This document shows positions 18,409 through 27,248 of a stretch of DNA of 64,000 bases, piece by piece. Source of the stretch: a virus. Position numbers and translations under genes: made by a program. The notes under the pieces are model-generated. The model had not been told where the DNA came from. It was given only the letters and a program-made list of their open reading frames with translations, and searched no databases. Position 1 is the stretch's first letter. Every line of letters starts with the position of its first letter. The stretch is taken from IMG/VR virus record IMGVR_UViG_3300043788_000023, positions 32,001 through 96,000 of that record; one strand, 5' to 3'.

Positions 18409-21400
18409 TTACTGTTCTTCTTCGTCTTCCACGAGTACGATGTCAGCTAGGTCGCCTGCGCCGAAGTCAAACTCAACTGACTCGGGCTGGCTCTCGCCAC
18501 ATGCTTTCTTATCCGCTGCAAAGTGATCCGGGTTGACCGTGTCGGTCGCTGCGGAGTCATCTGCCACGTCCGCCTTGTTATAGTCCACTTCGGACTTCGC
18601 TTCGCTCATGTCACCGCTGATGTCTGCGGCGAGCTTAGGCATCTGCATGCCAGCCGCAAGACCCTTGCGGGTCATGAAAGCCTTGATCGGACCCATCGCC
18701 TTCGCGATAGACTTGTCGTTAATCAAGGGCGAAGTCTCTGGGAATGACTGACCACGCTTGGCGTTCATGCCTTGCTCAATCAGTGTCATAAGCTGTCCGC
18801 ATGCTGCAACTGGAGCACGCCAGTAAGCCCAGCCATCGCTGTGGCTGTTGACCTGATCCTTGAACTCGTTCAAGAAGCGTACTGCCTTCCCGAGAACGGG
18901 GTCATTGCCGAGGACACGCAGAGCGTCCTCAATGTCGTAGTCGTTCATGAAGTGCAGCGCCGTCTTGTCCGAGGATTCCTTGGACTTGTGGCAGTCCTCG
19001 TTCACTTCGGCGTTCCAGCGGATACCGCAGTCTGCGCAGCGTCCATCTTTCCACTCGTGCTTGCCAGCAATTTTCACAGAGGCACCCTTCTGGAACTCGG
19101 CGTCTGCAACAGCCTGCGCATCACTGGTCGTCAGCCCTTCCAACTCCAGTTCATGCACCCGCTTGGCGTAACCGGGCGGGTCGTTGGGGGCATCCATGAA
19201 TTCCTCTTCAAACTCCTGCTGAGGAACTAGCTCGGGATGTTCCTTGACGCACTTGGCGCATAGTTCGCCTTCTTCCAACTTAATGGCTTCACGCTCGTCG
19301 GCGAGTTCGCCGCAGTTGTGGCACGTGATGCTGTGCTTGTCAACCCAGCTTGGCTGATCCTGAGACCAGTCTTCATGCGGTTCACGCAAGTGCATGCCCA
19401 ACGAGGGAAGGTCTTCCGCTGTCTTCTTACCAGCTTCCTCAACCGAAACGGTCGGGTGCTGAATGTCCTTGTCAACCGTGTCCGGGCTTACGGTCTCAGC
19501 TTTCGCTTCAGCCGCATCGCCTGAGATGTCTGCGCCGGACTTTTGCCCCGGAGGCGGTGCATCGGGTCCGGTTGTGTCCTTGATCTCCGCATCGGTCTTC
19601 GGCTGGATGATGCCCTCGCCGCCCTTCCAGTTTGCCGGGTTGTCTGCGGTGTCGGCTTTCTTACCGCTGCCAAGCCGTTCCTGACCCGGCGCTGGCTTGC
19701 CCTTTTTCACACGCACGATGTTCCGTTCGTTGACGAGTCCGGGCGTGCCGTGCCGTCCGCCCATGTTGAGTACCCAGCCGCCCGGTTCAGCCGAGTGCAT
19801 GACTGCTGTTCCGGTTGCTTCCTTCCACTCTTGACCGCCACGTCCCATACCTGCGGGGATCATGATCGTGACACGGTCGCCGTGCTTGATAGACTTCAAA
19901 AGCTGTTCGCGGTTGATCATCTCGTCTTCGTAGAGACGCTTCACGCCGCCAGCCTGCTTGATGTCTGCGCCAGCTTCCGGCTTCGGACGATCAGTTCCTT
20001 CCGAACGCTCGGTGTTGTAGTCCTGATGGCATTCAACTGTGTCGCTCGGCCCGTTCTCTTTCGTGGACGGGTTCGCTGCGCTGTCAATGTCGTAGCCGTT
20101 GTCGGCCGTGTCGGCTTTCTTCTCAACAGAACCGTAGCGAGCTTCGTCCGCTTCGTCCATAACCGGGGCGGAGCAGCACGGATCGTCCTCGTCAACCTCC
20201 ATGCCGCACTCAAAGCACTCACGCTGTGGAATCCACATGCCGTTCTCGGAATCCCAACGTGCGCCCATGTTAGGGCATCCGGTCTCGTGGCAGGGTGTGC
20301 CGTTGATCTGCATCATCTCGCACTGGTCGCAGCCCATGCGAGGAAGTTCTTCCTCGCTCTCAATCTCGCCTGCTACGTCTTCAACGAAGTCGGCGTACTT
20401 GGCATTGATGCCCCACGAAGATTCGTGGTGCTCTTCTCCCTGAGTCGGAGCATTCTCAAGGTCGGTCTCCTGAGACTCGGCTTCGCTGTCGGAGATTTCC
20501 TTCTCGTCTTCCGGTTCGGTGCTGCGGAACGCCTCGGGGAGGTCTTGCACGTCCTTCTTGTTCGGACGTCCCTTCGGTGTCTCGCTCTCGCTGCCTTCTC
20601 CCGTGGTCTCACTCCAGCCGCCCTGATCTTCCGTGTTGGAAGGAGCCGGGTTGCTGGGGTCGGTGTCAACGTCCACGAGCGGTGCTGGACCCATGTCCTC
20701 GGTGATCGCATCCCAGATGGAATCAATGTCAAGCTCAACCGCTACCTTCGGGCGGAACTTGTCAAGCAACGATTCCTTCTTAGCACGAGCCTGCTTCGCC
20801 TTGTGCGACATTGCCACGGTCGGCTCGTCAATCTCGGTCGCAACCACGTCAGCGACGTAGCTCGCCATGATTTCCACGTTGGAGCGCTTCGTCTTTGACG
20901 GAATCTCGGCGCTGCCCCACTTCTCGTTAGACCTGCGGGTGAGCGGGTCTTCACCGTATCCGCCAGCCGCAATCTCTTTCTTGTGATCGGCTGCTGCGTG
21001 CGGTGCGTACTCGTCATTGTTCCCCATCTTGTCGGTGATGTAGTCCTTCACCTTCTGGGGCGGCATGTTGTGCTTGTCAACGAACCCACCGTTGTATGCG
21101 GCGCTGTAGGCGCTGGACAGACGGGTCGGGTCTACACGCAACGTTTCCGGGTGAGCGGAGTTGCGCTGACGATTGCTCGGGTTGTTCGCTGCGGCTGCTG
21201 CCTTGCAGGTGCAGCCTTGGCATGAACACTCAGCGCCAGCCTTCTTGCAGCCTGGGCAGATGCCGTTTGCGTCAATGTGTGCAACCTTCTTGCCGACCTT
21301 GGACTCGTCCGCCTTACTGCGCGGTACACCAGTCTCGTCAACGGCGATTCCGATTGGGTCGCCATCCACCTTGCGGTGTTCTGGATCGTCTTCCCCGACG

Positions 21401-22449
21401 CTTTCCTTCATCGCGGGAGCGGAGGCTTCCTGCTCGGCGTGAGCTTCGGTGCCAGGCCCGACGTTCGTGAACGGGGTCTCGTGCGGTGCGCAAGCTTCCT
21501 TCTCCTTGGAACCGAACGGAGGAGCCTGCTTTCCACCGAATGCCTCGGCAGAAGCTTCACGGGGCACGCCCGGCGTCGCTTCCGGTGCCTTGAATCCGCC
21601 CTCGCCCTGTGCGCCATCGGCGCTGGGCAGTAGGGAGTTCTCAAGCGCTTCGTTCAGGGAGTCAAACACATCAAGTTCCTGAGGGTCAAGCGTCTGCTTG
21701 GTGATGTCGTCGGCAGTCTTCCTGTTCAGGAGGATCGTCGCCTTCTTGTAGCTTCCCTGCTTCTCAAGCTGCGGGAACTGCTTCAGCGGGTTCTCGGTCA
21801 GAAACGGGTAGGACAGCTTCGGCGTGATGTCGGTGACATCCACCTTGGTTGTGTCCACGTTGGTCATCAGCGCGTTGAAGGCGCTGGAGACTGACGGGTT
21901 GTAGTACGCTGAAAAAACTTGGTGGCGCAGGTTGTTCTTGAGTTCGTCTGCGTCCTTGCTGAAGTGGAAGCAGATGTACTCACGGGAGTTCATCCAGTTC
22001 GGAGCGAACACCACGAGGGATGCTTCCTCGCCTGTGCGGATGTCCTTGAAGAGTGATTCCTTGAGGGAGTCAAAGTCTGCTTGAGAGTACTCGTCAAATT
22101 CGGATTCGCCGATCTTCTTGTCAACCAAGTCAGCGATTTCCTCACCGCCCCATCCGAAGATGCGGACGAGAGCGCCATGAAGCAACGCTGTGGGGAAGTT
22201 CTTCTTGTCATTGCACACCTTGGCGGGGACGACCATGATGCGACCGAGGGAGATGTTGGCACGGAAGCCGTGGCAGAAGACTTCAAACGACTGGATGTTG
22301 CCGGACGAGCGGGCTTCCTTCTCGCCAGCCTGCACTGCCTCAACGACCTTAGCGAGGAGTTCTTCGCTGACCGTGAAAATCTGGTAGGACTTGCCAGCTA
22401 CGCTGTTGCCGCTGACGCCCGCCTTTTTCTTGATTTCCTTTGCCATCAC
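18409..22449 (-). CDS. Large acidic multi-module protein, putative head polyprotein
   Basis: 1346 aa; many CxxC modules; repeats KKADTADN x2 and ADISGD.xEAK.E x2; recurrent KxA linkers. Confidence 0.7.
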   Translation of the reverse strand: MMAKEIKKKAGVSGNSVAGKSYQIFTVSEELLAKVVEAVQAGEKEARSSGNIQSFEVFCHGFRANISLGRIMVVPAKVCNDKKNFPTALLHGALVRIFGWGGEEIADLVDKKIGESEFDEYSQADFDSLKESLFKDIRTGEEASLVVFAPNWMNSREYICFHFSKDADELKNNLRHQVFSAYYNPSVSSAFNALMTNVDTTKVDVTDITPKLSYPFLTENPLKQFPQLEKQGSYKKATILLNRKTADDITKQTLDPQELDVFDSLNEALENSLLPSADGAQGEGGFKAPEATPGVPREASAEAFGGKQAPPFGSKEKEACAPHETPFTNVGPGTEAHAEQEASAPAMKESVGEDDPEHRKVDGDPIGIAVDETGVPRSKADESKVGKKVAHIDANGICPGCKKAGAECSCQGCTCKAAAAANNPSNRQRNSAHPETLRVDPTRLSSAYSAAYNGGFVDKHNMPPQKVKDYITDKMGNNDEYAPHAAADHKKEIAAGGYGEDPLTRRSNEKWGSAEIPSKTKRSNVEIMASYVADVVATEIDEPTVAMSHKAKQARAKKESLLDKFRPKVAVELDIDSIWDAITEDMGPAPLVDVDTDPSNPAPSNTEDQGGWSETTGEGSESETPKGRPNKKDVQDLPEAFRSTEPEDEKEISDSEAESQETDLENAPTQGEEHHESSWGINAKYADFVEDVAGEIESEEELPRMGCDQCEMMQINGTPCHETGCPNMGARWDSENGMWIPQRECFECGMEVDEDDPCCSAPVMDEADEARYGSVEKKADTADNGYDIDSAANPSTKENGPSDTVECHQDYNTERSEGTDRPKPEAGADIKQAGGVKRLYEDEMINREQLLKSIKHGDRVTIMIPAGMGRGGQEWKEATGTAVMHSAEPGGWVLNMGGRHGTPGLVNERNIVRVKKGKPAPGQERLGSGKKADTADNPANWKGGEGIIQPKTDAEIKDTTGPDAPPPGQKSGADISGDAAEAKAETVSPDTVDKDIQHPTVSVEEAGKKTAEDLPSLGMHLREPHEDWSQDQPSWVDKHSITCHNCGELADEREAIKLEEGELCAKCVKEHPELVPQQEFEEEFMDAPNDPPGYAKRVHELELEGLTTSDAQAVADAEFQKGASVKIAGKHEWKDGRCADCGIRWNAEVNEDCHKSKESSDKTALHFMNDYDIEDALRVLGNDPVLGKAVRFLNEFKDQVNSHSDGWAYWRAPVAACGQLMTLIEQGMNAKRGQSFPETSPLINDKSIAKAMGPIKAFMTRKGLAAGMQMPKLAADISGDMSEAKSEVDYNKADVADDSAATDTVNPDHFAADKKACGESQPESVEFDFGAGDLADIVLVEDEEEQ

Positions 22450-22458
22450 TTTTCCCCT

Positions 22459-22959
22459 TTACTTCTTGGAGTCGAGCTTCTCGACTTCGCGACGAATCTC
22501 TTCGTCTCTGGCAGACATGATGTCCCGCCAGTGGTTCAGGATGCTGTTGATGGTCGTCTCGTCAAGCTTGACCATCTTCATCGCTTCTTTCACGCACTCG
22601 GCGGTTTGACCCATGACGTACTTGAACTTCTTGCCGTCCAAGTTCAGGAAGTCCTTGTGGCTGAGTGTGTCAGCTTCCATGATTTCCTTGCCAAGTTCAC
22701 GGAGCGCTTTGACCTGCGTTTCGTATACCTTGACCTTCATGCCTTCAATCAAGTTGACATCGTTGCTGTACTTGATCATCAGCTTGCTGATTGAGGCGAT
22801 CTCTTCCGCGATGAGCCTCTTGATCTTCGCTGGAGGCGTCGTCTCGTCCTGAATCATGGAGATGATTTGACCCAGTTTGGAGTCACGCTCCTGCTCGGAC
22901 TGTTCCGGTTGACCGCTGACGTTACCTGCTTCGTCAATGTTTAGCTTCCACTCTTCCAT
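22459..22959 (-). CDS. Helical hypothetical protein (small-terminase candidate)
   Basis: 166 aa, predicted all-helical; function inferred only from size and context. Confidence 0.45.
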   Translation of the reverse strand: MEEWKLNIDEAGNVSGQPEQSEQERDSKLGQIISMIQDETTPPAKIKRLIAEEIASISKLMIKYSNDVNLIEGMKVKVYETQVKALRELGKEIMEADTLSHKDFLNLDGKKFKYVMGQTAECVKEAMKMVKLDETTINSILNHWRDIMSARDEEIRREVEKLDSKK

Positions 22960-22962
22960 GGC

Positions 22963-25182
22963 TTATTCCAAATCCACCTTAAAGTGATCGTTCATCTCCA
23001 CGTCGTCCCTCTTGGGTCCGCTCGTGTCAATGTCTTGCATTTCGTGCGATCCGGTCAGGTCAAACTCATTCAGTATTGCGTGACCGTCTGTCGCCTTCTT
23101 CTCTCCGGCGTGCTTCTCAAAGCCGGGGTACGACAAGAGGTGCTGGTCATCCGGCACCGATGCCACGACTTGCGTGACGGGGCGGCGCTGTGGGTCTAGC
23201 ATCCTCACCTGCTCGGGCTTGAAGCCAAGCTTGCCGACGAGGAATGCACGATCCGACTCGGATACGGCGATCTTGCCGGGGCGCTTCTTCATGTCTTCAA
23301 CGAAGCCCGCTACTGCCTTGCGAGCCTCAACTGATCCGACCTTGTTTGCTGCGCTCTTGTAAATCTTCGCAACGCTGTGCCCTGCTTGGTGCAGCGTGCG
23401 AACCTTGGCAGCAGTAACCGTGACTTCCTTGGTTTCTGCCTGCTTGCTGCGCACCTTGTCAACAGTGCTGCTGGCGAACTTCCCGCCAACACGCCCAGCC
23501 TTGGAGCTTGTCTTGCCGCTCTGCTGGTATGCCAGCAATTCCTGCTGGCTGATGGGCTGGACTTCACCGCACGAGGTGCAGAACACCTCGCCGTGCTCGT
23601 CATAGCTAAAGTCACGCTGATCGCCGTCGCAGTTCACGCACGGCCTGACGCTCTCTGCCGCTGCCTCTTCGTAGTCAACTACTGGAGCCAGCGCGTTCTT
23701 GTGGAATTCGCAGCTTGCACACTTTTCCTTGCCCTCGAAAGCCGCATTGCGGATTCCGATGCTGTTCAGGAACGACAAGTCCTTGCTTGCGACCACGATC
23801 TTGTCCTTCGCGTTCTTCCTGAGCGGTTGGACGAAGCCCCGGAACGCAAAGCTCACATCCACGCTTCCGAACTTCTCTTCTGCCCACTTGTAAATCTGCT
23901 CAAGCGATGCACCCTTGGCGTGCAGCTTAGCCACGTGCTCGGAGGAGAAGCGCTTGCTTGATTCACGATTGTCCCCGAAGTTGTAGCTTGCACGCTTGGA
24001 TTGATTGCGGACCTTGGCGTCTGCCGCCTTGACCACGTTGGTCTGCTCGGCGACCTTCGGGTTCTGCACCCGCTTGTCATCGCCGTTTGCGAGAACTACC
24101 AGCGCCGCGTGCTTCCTGTTGTTGGGTACGCCCGGCGTCAGGTGGTTCACGATCTGTGAAAGCTCCTCTGCGCTGGCTACGAGCGGGAGGTGGTACAGGT
24201 TGCATGTCTTGTTGCGTGCGTCCTTGTTGAAGTAGACGCAGCCATCGCATGCAGCGACTTGCTTCACGCTGTGTGCTTGTGGCTTGATGCCAGCACGATC
24301 CCACGCCTTCTTCTGTTGCACGCAGGCGTTGCTGGAGCCGACCTTCTCCACGGGCACTGAGCGATACTGCTCGTTGTCAAAACGGTAGTTAACTGGATCA
24401 GTTGAAGGTTCAACCCTCCAGTCGCTAGGCATTCCTGACCAGCGGGATGCCAACTCATTCGCAGCCTCTTCCGCTTCTTCTGCTGTTGCGAAGCGCTGTG
24501 CGTTTGAAGTGTTCTCCTCCATGACCACCTTGAAGCTGTTAGCAGTCTTGCTGCTAGCCGTGTGATCGTAGGTCGGGCTGGACTTGTCCATGTAGGTGTT
24601 CGGCTCAAGATACGCCAAACCCATCAAGCCAGCGTTGCGCTGGAGATAATCCGTTGCGGACTGGTGATTGAACAGTTCAATCTCCGCAAGCTTCTGAAGC
24701 TGTGCGGCGACCTTCGCCGGAGAATTACCTTGGTTGAGCAAGTCACGGATGTACTTGAACACATGCGCGTCTGAGACTTCTTTCTTGCCTGCGCTGTTCT
24801 CTGCGAGGTTGTTGTTGGTGTACGCCTTCTCAATGCTCTCGGTTACTTCGGTCATCAAGGAATCGTTGTCACCGTCCTTGGACTTGTAATCGTTCATGCG
24901 GCGGTTCGCCGTAACGGCATTGATGCGTGGTGTCGCAGCTTCCTTCTCAGCCATGCGCTCTTCGTAGGTGTGGGCACCGGACTTCGGTCCCCAGACCGGG
25001 GTGTGGCGGCTCGCCGATTCGGCGATGTCGTCTTCAAATTCGGTGTCCACGTACTGGTGTGACCAGTCCGCAACATCTTCGCCGGACTTCTTGGCGTCTT
25101 CCATGCCGAGGTCTTTCCAGTTCGGTTCACGCTCGTCAAGGATAGCGTCAATGATGTTCGTGTATGGTTTCTTGTCTGCCAT
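22963..25182 (-). CDS. Multi-module protein with Zn-binding motifs, putative head polyprotein
   Basis: Start MADKKPY; CDGC..C, CASC and CVNC..CTSCG motifs; repeated helical module (L..G.S...IY..A..K.G); KxA/KxG linkers. Confidence 0.65.
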   Translation of the reverse strand: MADKKPYTNIIDAILDEREPNWKDLGMEDAKKSGEDVADWSHQYVDTEFEDDIAESASRHTPVWGPKSGAHTYEERMAEKEAATPRINAVTANRRMNDYKSKDGDNDSLMTEVTESIEKAYTNNNLAENSAGKKEVSDAHVFKYIRDLLNQGNSPAKVAAQLQKLAEIELFNHQSATDYLQRNAGLMGLAYLEPNTYMDKSSPTYDHTASSKTANSFKVVMEENTSNAQRFATAEEAEEAANELASRWSGMPSDWRVEPSTDPVNYRFDNEQYRSVPVEKVGSSNACVQQKKAWDRAGIKPQAHSVKQVAACDGCVYFNKDARNKTCNLYHLPLVASAEELSQIVNHLTPGVPNNRKHAALVVLANGDDKRVQNPKVAEQTNVVKAADAKVRNQSKRASYNFGDNRESSKRFSSEHVAKLHAKGASLEQIYKWAEEKFGSVDVSFAFRGFVQPLRKNAKDKIVVASKDLSFLNSIGIRNAAFEGKEKCASCEFHKNALAPVVDYEEAAAESVRPCVNCDGDQRDFSYDEHGEVFCTSCGEVQPISQQELLAYQQSGKTSSKAGRVGGKFASSTVDKVRSKQAETKEVTVTAAKVRTLHQAGHSVAKIYKSAANKVGSVEARKAVAGFVEDMKKRPGKIAVSESDRAFLVGKLGFKPEQVRMLDPQRRPVTQVVASVPDDQHLLSYPGFEKHAGEKKATDGHAILNEFDLTGSHEMQDIDTSGPKRDDVEMNDHFKVDLE

Positions 25183-25183
25183 G

Positions 25184-25501
25184 TTAAAACTCCAGATCGT
25201 CGAGGATGTGCGCGAGGAACGCGGCGGGTCTGTCATCCGGTGCTGCTTGGATTGACTCGCCTTGATTAACCTCGTTGCCCACGAGCTTCACGATTCTGTT
25301 GCCCTGCACCTTCCAAAAGTCCTTCGTTGACGGGCACTCGTAGACGTTGCCTGCAACGCGGCGCATCATGTAGCTGTCAATTTCAAACTGCACGTCACGG
25401 GGGATTTCCATCATTGATGCAAAGTGGTTCTTTGAAAAGATGGACTCGTTGGGCTTCTCGCCCTTCAGACCGTGCGCTGTCTTTGAAAATACCTTTTTCA
25501 T
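25184..25501 (-). CDS. Hypothetical protein
   Basis: 105 aa; N-terminal FSKTA motif; YECPSTKDFWKV. Confidence 0.6.
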   Translation of the reverse strand: MKKVFSKTAHGLKGEKPNESIFSKNHFASMMEIPRDVQFEIDSYMMRRVAGNVYECPSTKDFWKVQGNRIVKLVGNEVNQGESIQAAPDDRPAAFLAHILDDLEF

Positions 25502-25510
25502 GATGTCCCC

Positions 25511-26392
25511 TTAGCCGTTCTGTCCCATCAGATATGCCGTTGTCTGAAGAGTTGCTCCAGTGACCTTAACGACGCGTATCCACTTCCAAACCAGTCCCGA
25601 AGGGTTCCACAGAGCGCTGACCGTTGAAGCGTTGATAGAGACTTGGGTTTCGGAAAACTGACCGCCAGCAGGAGCAGTCCATGCTGCGCCAGTGAAAGCG
25701 CCTGAGATGTTGACGCCAACAGCCGCGCCGCCAGACTGATCGCTAACAGGCGGAACCCACTGAGTCTGTTGAAATCCGTTGGTCATCGCAAAGCCGGGTT
25801 GATTGATGGGGAGCGCTCCGCTGATTGCGAAGTGCGTAGACTGTCCCGGTCCGAGTGGGTTCACAGTGCCGCCTGGCGTTCCGATGCCGTCAATGAGGCG
25901 CATGGGTTGGTACTGAGGTCCGGTCTGCAATACTTCGGTGTTGGTGACCAGCCCAACGTAGACGTTGTAGCCTGTCACGTAAGGTGCCTGCGCAGCAGTG
26001 GGCGTGGCGGGTGCTACGTAGAGATAATTGCCTGCGAGCACTGCAAGAGAGGATTCGGTAGAGGCCGAGGTCTCGCCCCACTTGGTGACGAACGTGGTCT
26101 TGACGAAAAAGGTCGTGGCGGGAAGCTGGCTGACATCACCCGGAGGTGGGTAGAGATTGAGACCAGTGTTCGCTTGCGGCAAAGATGCGAACTGGCTCAG
26201 TGTGGGAGCCGCACTGGGTGCGCCGATTCCAGTGCCATCAATCGGCGCGTTCGGATCGTTTGAGCCTTCAATAGTGACTGTAGCTTCAAGGTTCGTGAGC
26301 ATCACCGACAAGTTGACGAGGTTGCTGACGTCAATCCATGCGCCGTTGGCGGGAGCGGTGGAACTGAAAATCTGGATGTTTTTTATCTGCAT
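25511..26392 (-). CDS. Virion structural protein (jelly-roll-like termini, FN3-like insert)
   Basis: TIEGSND...WIRV termini; TTFVTKWGETSAS..VTGYNVYVG segment typical of phage beta-sandwich domains. Confidence 0.5.
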   Translation of the reverse strand: MQIKNIQIFSSTAPANGAWIDVSNLVNLSVMLTNLEATVTIEGSNDPNAPIDGTGIGAPSAAPTLSQFASLPQANTGLNLYPPPGDVSQLPATTFFVKTTFVTKWGETSASTESSLAVLAGNYLYVAPATPTAAQAPYVTGYNVYVGLVTNTEVLQTGPQYQPMRLIDGIGTPGGTVNPLGPGQSTHFAISGALPINQPGFAMTNGFQQTQWVPPVSDQSGGAAVGVNISGAFTGAAWTAPAGGQFSETQVSINASTVSALWNPSGLVWKWIRVVKVTGATLQTTAYLMGQNG

Positions 26393-26478
26393 GCCGTTTG
26401 ACCCCTAACCTAACCCCTCACCTACAGGGCGTGATAGTTGCGAAAAGCGGTTTCTATTGGTGAAACGGCACGTTCACC

Positions 26479-26612
26479 GCTGCCAGAGCCGTAAGTAGAG
26501 TCCTGCCGTCCCTTAAACCCGGCTTCTTAGTCGGGTCTCGACGTGAGGCGTGATCCTCCGAAGGGTGCCGGGGCTGGCAGGACGGTAGTCCCGGCATCTA
26601 AACTTGGGTAGC
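26479..26612 (+). ncRNA. Candidate structured ncRNA with pseudoknot
   Basis: Closing stem 26479-84/26607-12; hairpin 26517-24/26529-36; 13-bp stem 26563-75/26587-99 whose loop GGCAGGAC (26576-83) is complementary to GTCCTGCC (26500-07). G-U pairs favour the + strand. Confidence 0.45.
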
Positions 26613-26639
26613 AAAATGAAGCGCCTTGTGCTAAAAGCG

Positions 26640-27149
26640 CTACTGGTCGTCCTTCTTGGGGTTGCTGTCGGGTGTGCGGTCTACGCTTTCTTCGCTCTTT
26701 GGAGTCTCGTCTACGCGTTCGGCTGGCTCGTTACCACTTTCGTTTACCTGCTCCAAAGCCTTCATCAGTAGCCCCGGATCGTCCTTGAAGCACTCCATGC
26801 CGCGGTTGCATGTGGTGCAGAGGAGCCGCTTCTGGTAGCCGAAGACGTGGACGTGGGTGTCGCGGTGGTACAGCGTGAGGGAGGCTCCGCAGATGAGGCA
26901 CTTCTTGTCCTGCGTGCGCCAGAGTTCAAGGTAGTCGTTCGGCGACATCCGCCACTTCTGCTCAAGAAGCTGCTCAAAGGCGGCGACCTTAGCCCAGAAC
27001 GACCCGGTGTAGGCGTTGTGACAGGTCTTGCAGTAGTCCTGCCTGCCAGAGGCGGTGCGGCGGTTCTCGCCAAAGGCGTCCAAGGGCAACCACTTGGAGC
27101 ACTTGTTGCACCACTTCTCTTTGTCGTTGAAAAGCCGTTTGCGTCCCAT
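26640..27149 (-). CDS. Recombination endonuclease VII-like (homing-type) nuclease, possibly degenerate
   Basis: KWCNKC...F...CKTC Zn finger; QDKKCLICG...LLCTTCNRGMECFKDDP. The usual VDH.H is replaced by THVH. Confidence 0.75.
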   Translation of the reverse strand: MGRKRLFNDKEKWCNKCSKWLPLDAFGENRRTASGRQDYCKTCHNAYTGSFWAKVAAFEQLLEQKWRMSPNDYLELWRTQDKKCLICGASLTLYHRDTHVHVFGYQKRLLCTTCNRGMECFKDDPGLLMKALEQVNESGNEPAERVDETPKSEESVDRTPDSNPKKDDQ

Positions 27150-27248
27150 GATACCCCTGAGGAATCCCCTAATTAAAGAACGGAAGTTAAGATATTTCTC
27201 CGCTATCCGTGCCCTTTGCAGAGGACACTTCCTCCAAGGTTCAATTCA

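Noticed and set aside
19543-20898. 451-aa + strand ORF (and similar long antisense ORFs such as 36359..37387, 15527..16408, 11735..12568)
   Set aside because: Antisense shadows of high-GC, codon-biased minus-strand genes; no SD and no protein-like motifs.
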